From Felis catus (taxonomy: Eukaryota), in assembly GCF_018350175.1 (NCBI RefSeq), contig NC_058370.1, forward strand, positions 2,666,001-2,730,000: a stretch of 64,000 nucleotides of DNA, in the 5' to 3' direction. Below, piece after piece: positions 60,656 to 64,000 of the stretch (position 1 is its first letter; every line of letters starts with the position of its first letter). The notes under the pieces are model-generated. The model was given only the letters and a program-made list of their open reading frames with translations. It had not been told where the DNA came from and did no database searches. Both the position numbers and the translations under genes were made by a program.

Positions 60656-62124
60656 GGAACTGGATTGACAAGAGCTGCCTTTTCTTAGGAAATGTTCTAA
60701 CATTTAAAAATCAGAACAGCACACCTCCCACGTACACAGGCAGACCGTAAGATACCTGGAAATCACACAACCCGTTTTCAGCAATGTAAATAGTACTTAT
60801 GGATCTGTGTGCGTTGCTTAACAAGAAAAATACAGTGGGTATATTTTAATTCTGTAATAAACGTCTCCATAAGAGAAGGGTTCTCGATAAAGAATAATTC
60901 CCTCTCTCTTCCCAGGACCAGAATCCAAACATGTCACCAGAACCGGGCAGGAAGTTTTCATGCTGTCAACAAACTCGCAGGGAGACAATTTGCAGCTGAG
61001 AAAACGGCTCCGAGTTTTCCCAGAAAAGTTTAAACGGAAGCATTTGAATCAGGCGTTTTGTCACTTTCCAGAGGACATTTTGGATGTGCTCCTTACAAAT
61101 AAGTTGAATCCGGTATTTTTCCAGATGTCTCCATACCTGTTTGCTTACAGCAGAGCCCCTGCTTGACTTCTTGTTTTAAGGGTGTTTTTCGTTGGGTTTG
61201 TCATGAACCAGTGGCTTTTCTCAACACTCCCACTTTCCGGCACGGCGTGGTATCTAAAAATATTTGAAGCTCCTTACTGTATCTGTCTTGAATACGTCTT
61301 TTTTTATACTGAGTCACTGGGTGCATTGCAGGGATGGGAGAGCCTAGGAAAAACTTTTTTTTTTTTTTCCTTGTTACTGGCTTTTAGGAAATGATGGTAT
61401 CTGTAGAGAATCGGAGACCAAGGGAGGAAAAAGTCTTCTCCGGCCTTAAATTAGATCCTTTATCTTAACAAGTTACACAGAACTTGCTGACGCCTCAGTT
61501 TGGGGCCGCGCAGTAACCCCCCAGCCGCCGTGGCGTTAACTGACTTCGGTCTTCATGTTGCAAGTGAGTTACTTTCCCCAAATCTCATGTCTGCCCTTCC
61601 TTTGGAGAGCCCTCCTCAAACCTGCTCCAGAGAACCTCTTTATTATGAAAATCACCAGCTTCATTATGGAGGCTCCGTCCATCTCCGGAGCCGGGTGAGA
61701 GCCAGGCTGTGGTTGATACGGAGGAGAGGCTGGTTTGGGGGCTGCTGCTGTTTCCACCCGGCTGCCCCTGGAAGGATCCTCAGGCTCCCCCCCATCCCCA
61801 CCCCCGGCCCAAGGGAGGAGCACCACTGGGATTCTGCACCCAGGCTCCTGGATGCGGAAGGAGGAGGTCGTCTGCTCCCGGGAGGATGCGAGCAGCCCGG
61901 AGAGTGAGAGAAATGTTGGCGGAGGCCCCCCAAGCCGCACAGGGTTGGCTGGATGGGAAGGACGCTTGCCGGGGAATCTCCTTGTCAGGTGAGGACTGGG
62001 AGCCCGGCCACTGTCCTTCCTGAGTTACAGCCCTCCATCCATGTAGATGACAAGGGGGCTGGACCGGGGCATGTGGAAGCCACTCTTCCCTGCATGCACT
62101 TTGTAATCCTGGATGAACTGACTG

Positions 62125-62235
62125 GACCGGGTTTGAGCCCCTGCTTGCACACACCTGCTGGGGAGCCCCAGCACGTTTCCTGATGTACCCGGTCCTCAGT
62201 TTGCTCATCTGAGAAATGGGGATGACAAATACCGT
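62125..62235 (+). mobile_element. MIR fragment
   Basis: cctcagtttgctcatctgagaaatggggatga. Confidence 0.75.
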
Positions 62236-62384
62236 CAGCTGCCAAGAGACTGCCACCGGTTTTTTTTTCTCCTGTTGCCATCCACTCCCGTGGTTTCCTC
62301 TGATGCATCTCATGCCCTCCACTCTCTGTCCACATGGGTCTTGGTGAGCACCTGTCCTTACTCTAGCCAGTTGATCAATGAATG

Positions 62385-62508
62385 GCCCTGAGCACTTCGA
62401 TCCAGCTGAGCCTGAAGCCAGACTCTCTCTGCATTTTTCTATTAGTCACACCGATGGACTCCCCATTGTGTGCCTAAGCAGGTATGGGTTTGGTTCTCAT
62501 CACTTGCA
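62385..62508 (+). mobile_element. MLT1K/L-like LTR 3' fragment
   Basis: tgagcacttcgatccagctgagcctgaagccaga...tcacttgca. Confidence 0.6.
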
Positions 62509-62515
62509 CTTTAGA

Positions 62516-62703
62516 GAGTGGTTCTCATACTTGAGCATGCCTCAGTGTCACCTGCAGGGTTTGCTAAAATACAGATTGCAGGCCCCAGATCCGGTGGTTC
62601 TGATTCAGCAGGTCTGGGGTGGGGCCTGCAAATTGTCATCTCACAAAAGTTCCCTGGTGCTGCCCCTGTGGGTGGCCTGGGGACCGCACTTTGAGAACCA
62701 CTG
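62516..62703 (-). mobile_element. MER5A hAT MITE, full length
   Basis: Terminal inverted repeats agtggttctca / tgagaaccact. Internal ttctgattcagcaggtctggggtggggcctg. Confidence 0.9.
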
Positions 62704-63014
62704 CATCGATCCAAGCTATCTTGTGTGGCTGCTGGAAGGGTTAGATGACTGGGCTAGTTCTCCCGGACCCTCGAGGGCAGGGCTGACATGCTGGGTGTCA
62801 CCTTGGGGTCCTCCATCTGCTCTCGGTCGGCTCATAACAGCAGCAGGCGATAGGCGTCACCAGTAGCAATTAGGTTGGCCGCAAAATCGTTCTAAGGCAA
62901 AATCGTTTGCTATTTGGGGAAGGGGGTCCAGCACAGAGAGCAGGGGACCCTGTAGGGCAGCCCCACCTTCTCACAGGTGCACCTGAGGAGCGCAGTGGTG
63001 GGTGGCCGGGGGTG

Positions 63015-63126
63015 CCGCAGCCACAAGGCTCTCCAGAGGAACAGAACCGATAGGATACATATGTATATGTGTACTTTATGTGCAAATATATTTTAACACA
63101 AGTTTTTATGTGCGAGATTTATCTAC

Positions 63127-63164
<38 letters not shown>

Positions 63165-63583
63165 GGAGATTTGTATCTAAAGGGATTTGTATATAAAGGA
63201 GTGTATCAGGAGAAACTGGCTCACGTGATTATGGAAGTAGAGAAGCTGATTCTATGTCTTCTACGAGCTGGAGACCCAGGAGAGGCAGGGGGTCCTTCAG
63301 TCTGAGTCTGAAGGCCTGGGGCCTGGGGGAGCTGACGGGGTGCATCTCAGTCCTGGGGCAGGAGATGACCAACATCCCCGCTCAAGTCACACAGGGAGGT
63401 GACCTCCCCCTCCCCCCACCTTTTGTTCTATCTGGGCCGCAAAGGGCTGGGGGAGGCGGCTCCACACTGGGGAAGGCTCATCTGGTTTACTCAGCCACAG
63501 ATTCAAATGCTGAAATAACTTTTAACCAGATACCTGGGCGCCTGGGAGCCCCGCCAAGTTGGCAGGCGAGCTGCGCCTTCACA
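63015..63583 (-). mobile_element. ERVL solo LTR (MLT2B/C-like) with internal (CA)n at 63128-63158
   Basis: tctccagaggaacagaaccgatagga...ctggctcacgtgattatgg...gctggagacccagg...cagattcaaatgct...ccaagttg..cttcaca. Confidence 0.85.
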
Positions 63584-64000
63584 CCTGCGGGTGAGGAGCC
63601 GGGTTGCCTCGTACGGACACCAGGGGCGCCCCTGCCGGAGGGGGGTCAGAGGTGTGGGCGCAGGGCCGGGGGCGGGGGCACCAGAGCAGCGGCCGAAGCC
63701 CGGTCCACGTGGCCGGATCGGGACGAGGATAGTGTTCTAGGGGATGCAGAACAAAAGGCCAGTTTTTCAAACAATTCCTCGCTTGAGGCCAAGTGTGAAT
63801 GCTTGATAATAAGTGCATGAGGTGAGAAAGAGTCAGACGCAGTCCTCCGCTTCTCTCTCTGTCCTTCCGTTTCTACGCAAGCAAGGTCCCAGAAATTATT
63901 GATCATGTAACAAGCCGGGAACATTTCCAGTCCCCTGCGTGGTTTCTGAGGCCACAGGAACGAACGTGTCCGATTGCACTTTTTTCTTCCTCTCCTTCTT

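Overview
This is mammalian nuclear DNA, almost certainly from a felid: it holds 15 Carnivora tRNA-derived CAN-SINEs, and several belong to the cat-type SINEC_Fc lineage. The window is GC-rich and apparently non-coding (intergenic, or part of a very large intron). I found no protein-coding exon, RNA gene or prokaryotic-type system. The only ORFs with recognisable homology are decayed LINE-1 ORF2 fragments. Much of the window is interspersed repeat: CAN-SINEs with target-site duplications (TSDs), carnivore and ancient L1s, L2, MIR, MaLR (MLT1) and ERVL (MLT2) solo LTRs, and hAT MITEs (MER5, MER20, MER53, MER58, MER102/119-like). There are also microsatellites and a 131-bp N gap. The best-supported structural observations are a twin-primed, 5'-inverted L1 (35040-36217) and a SINE inserted into the TSD of an older SINE (46414-46898). 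The most biologically suggestive stretches are unique islands dense in developmental transcription-factor motifs (about 8.0, 12.7 and 29.2 kb), two promoter-like GC/CpG patches (36.8 and 49.4-50.1 kb), and an X-box next to a hairpin (41.27-41.34 kb). I cannot support a claim of a novel biological system. Repeat subfamily names come from remembered consensus sequences and need RepeatMasker/Dfam confirmation; boundaries of old repeats are approximate.
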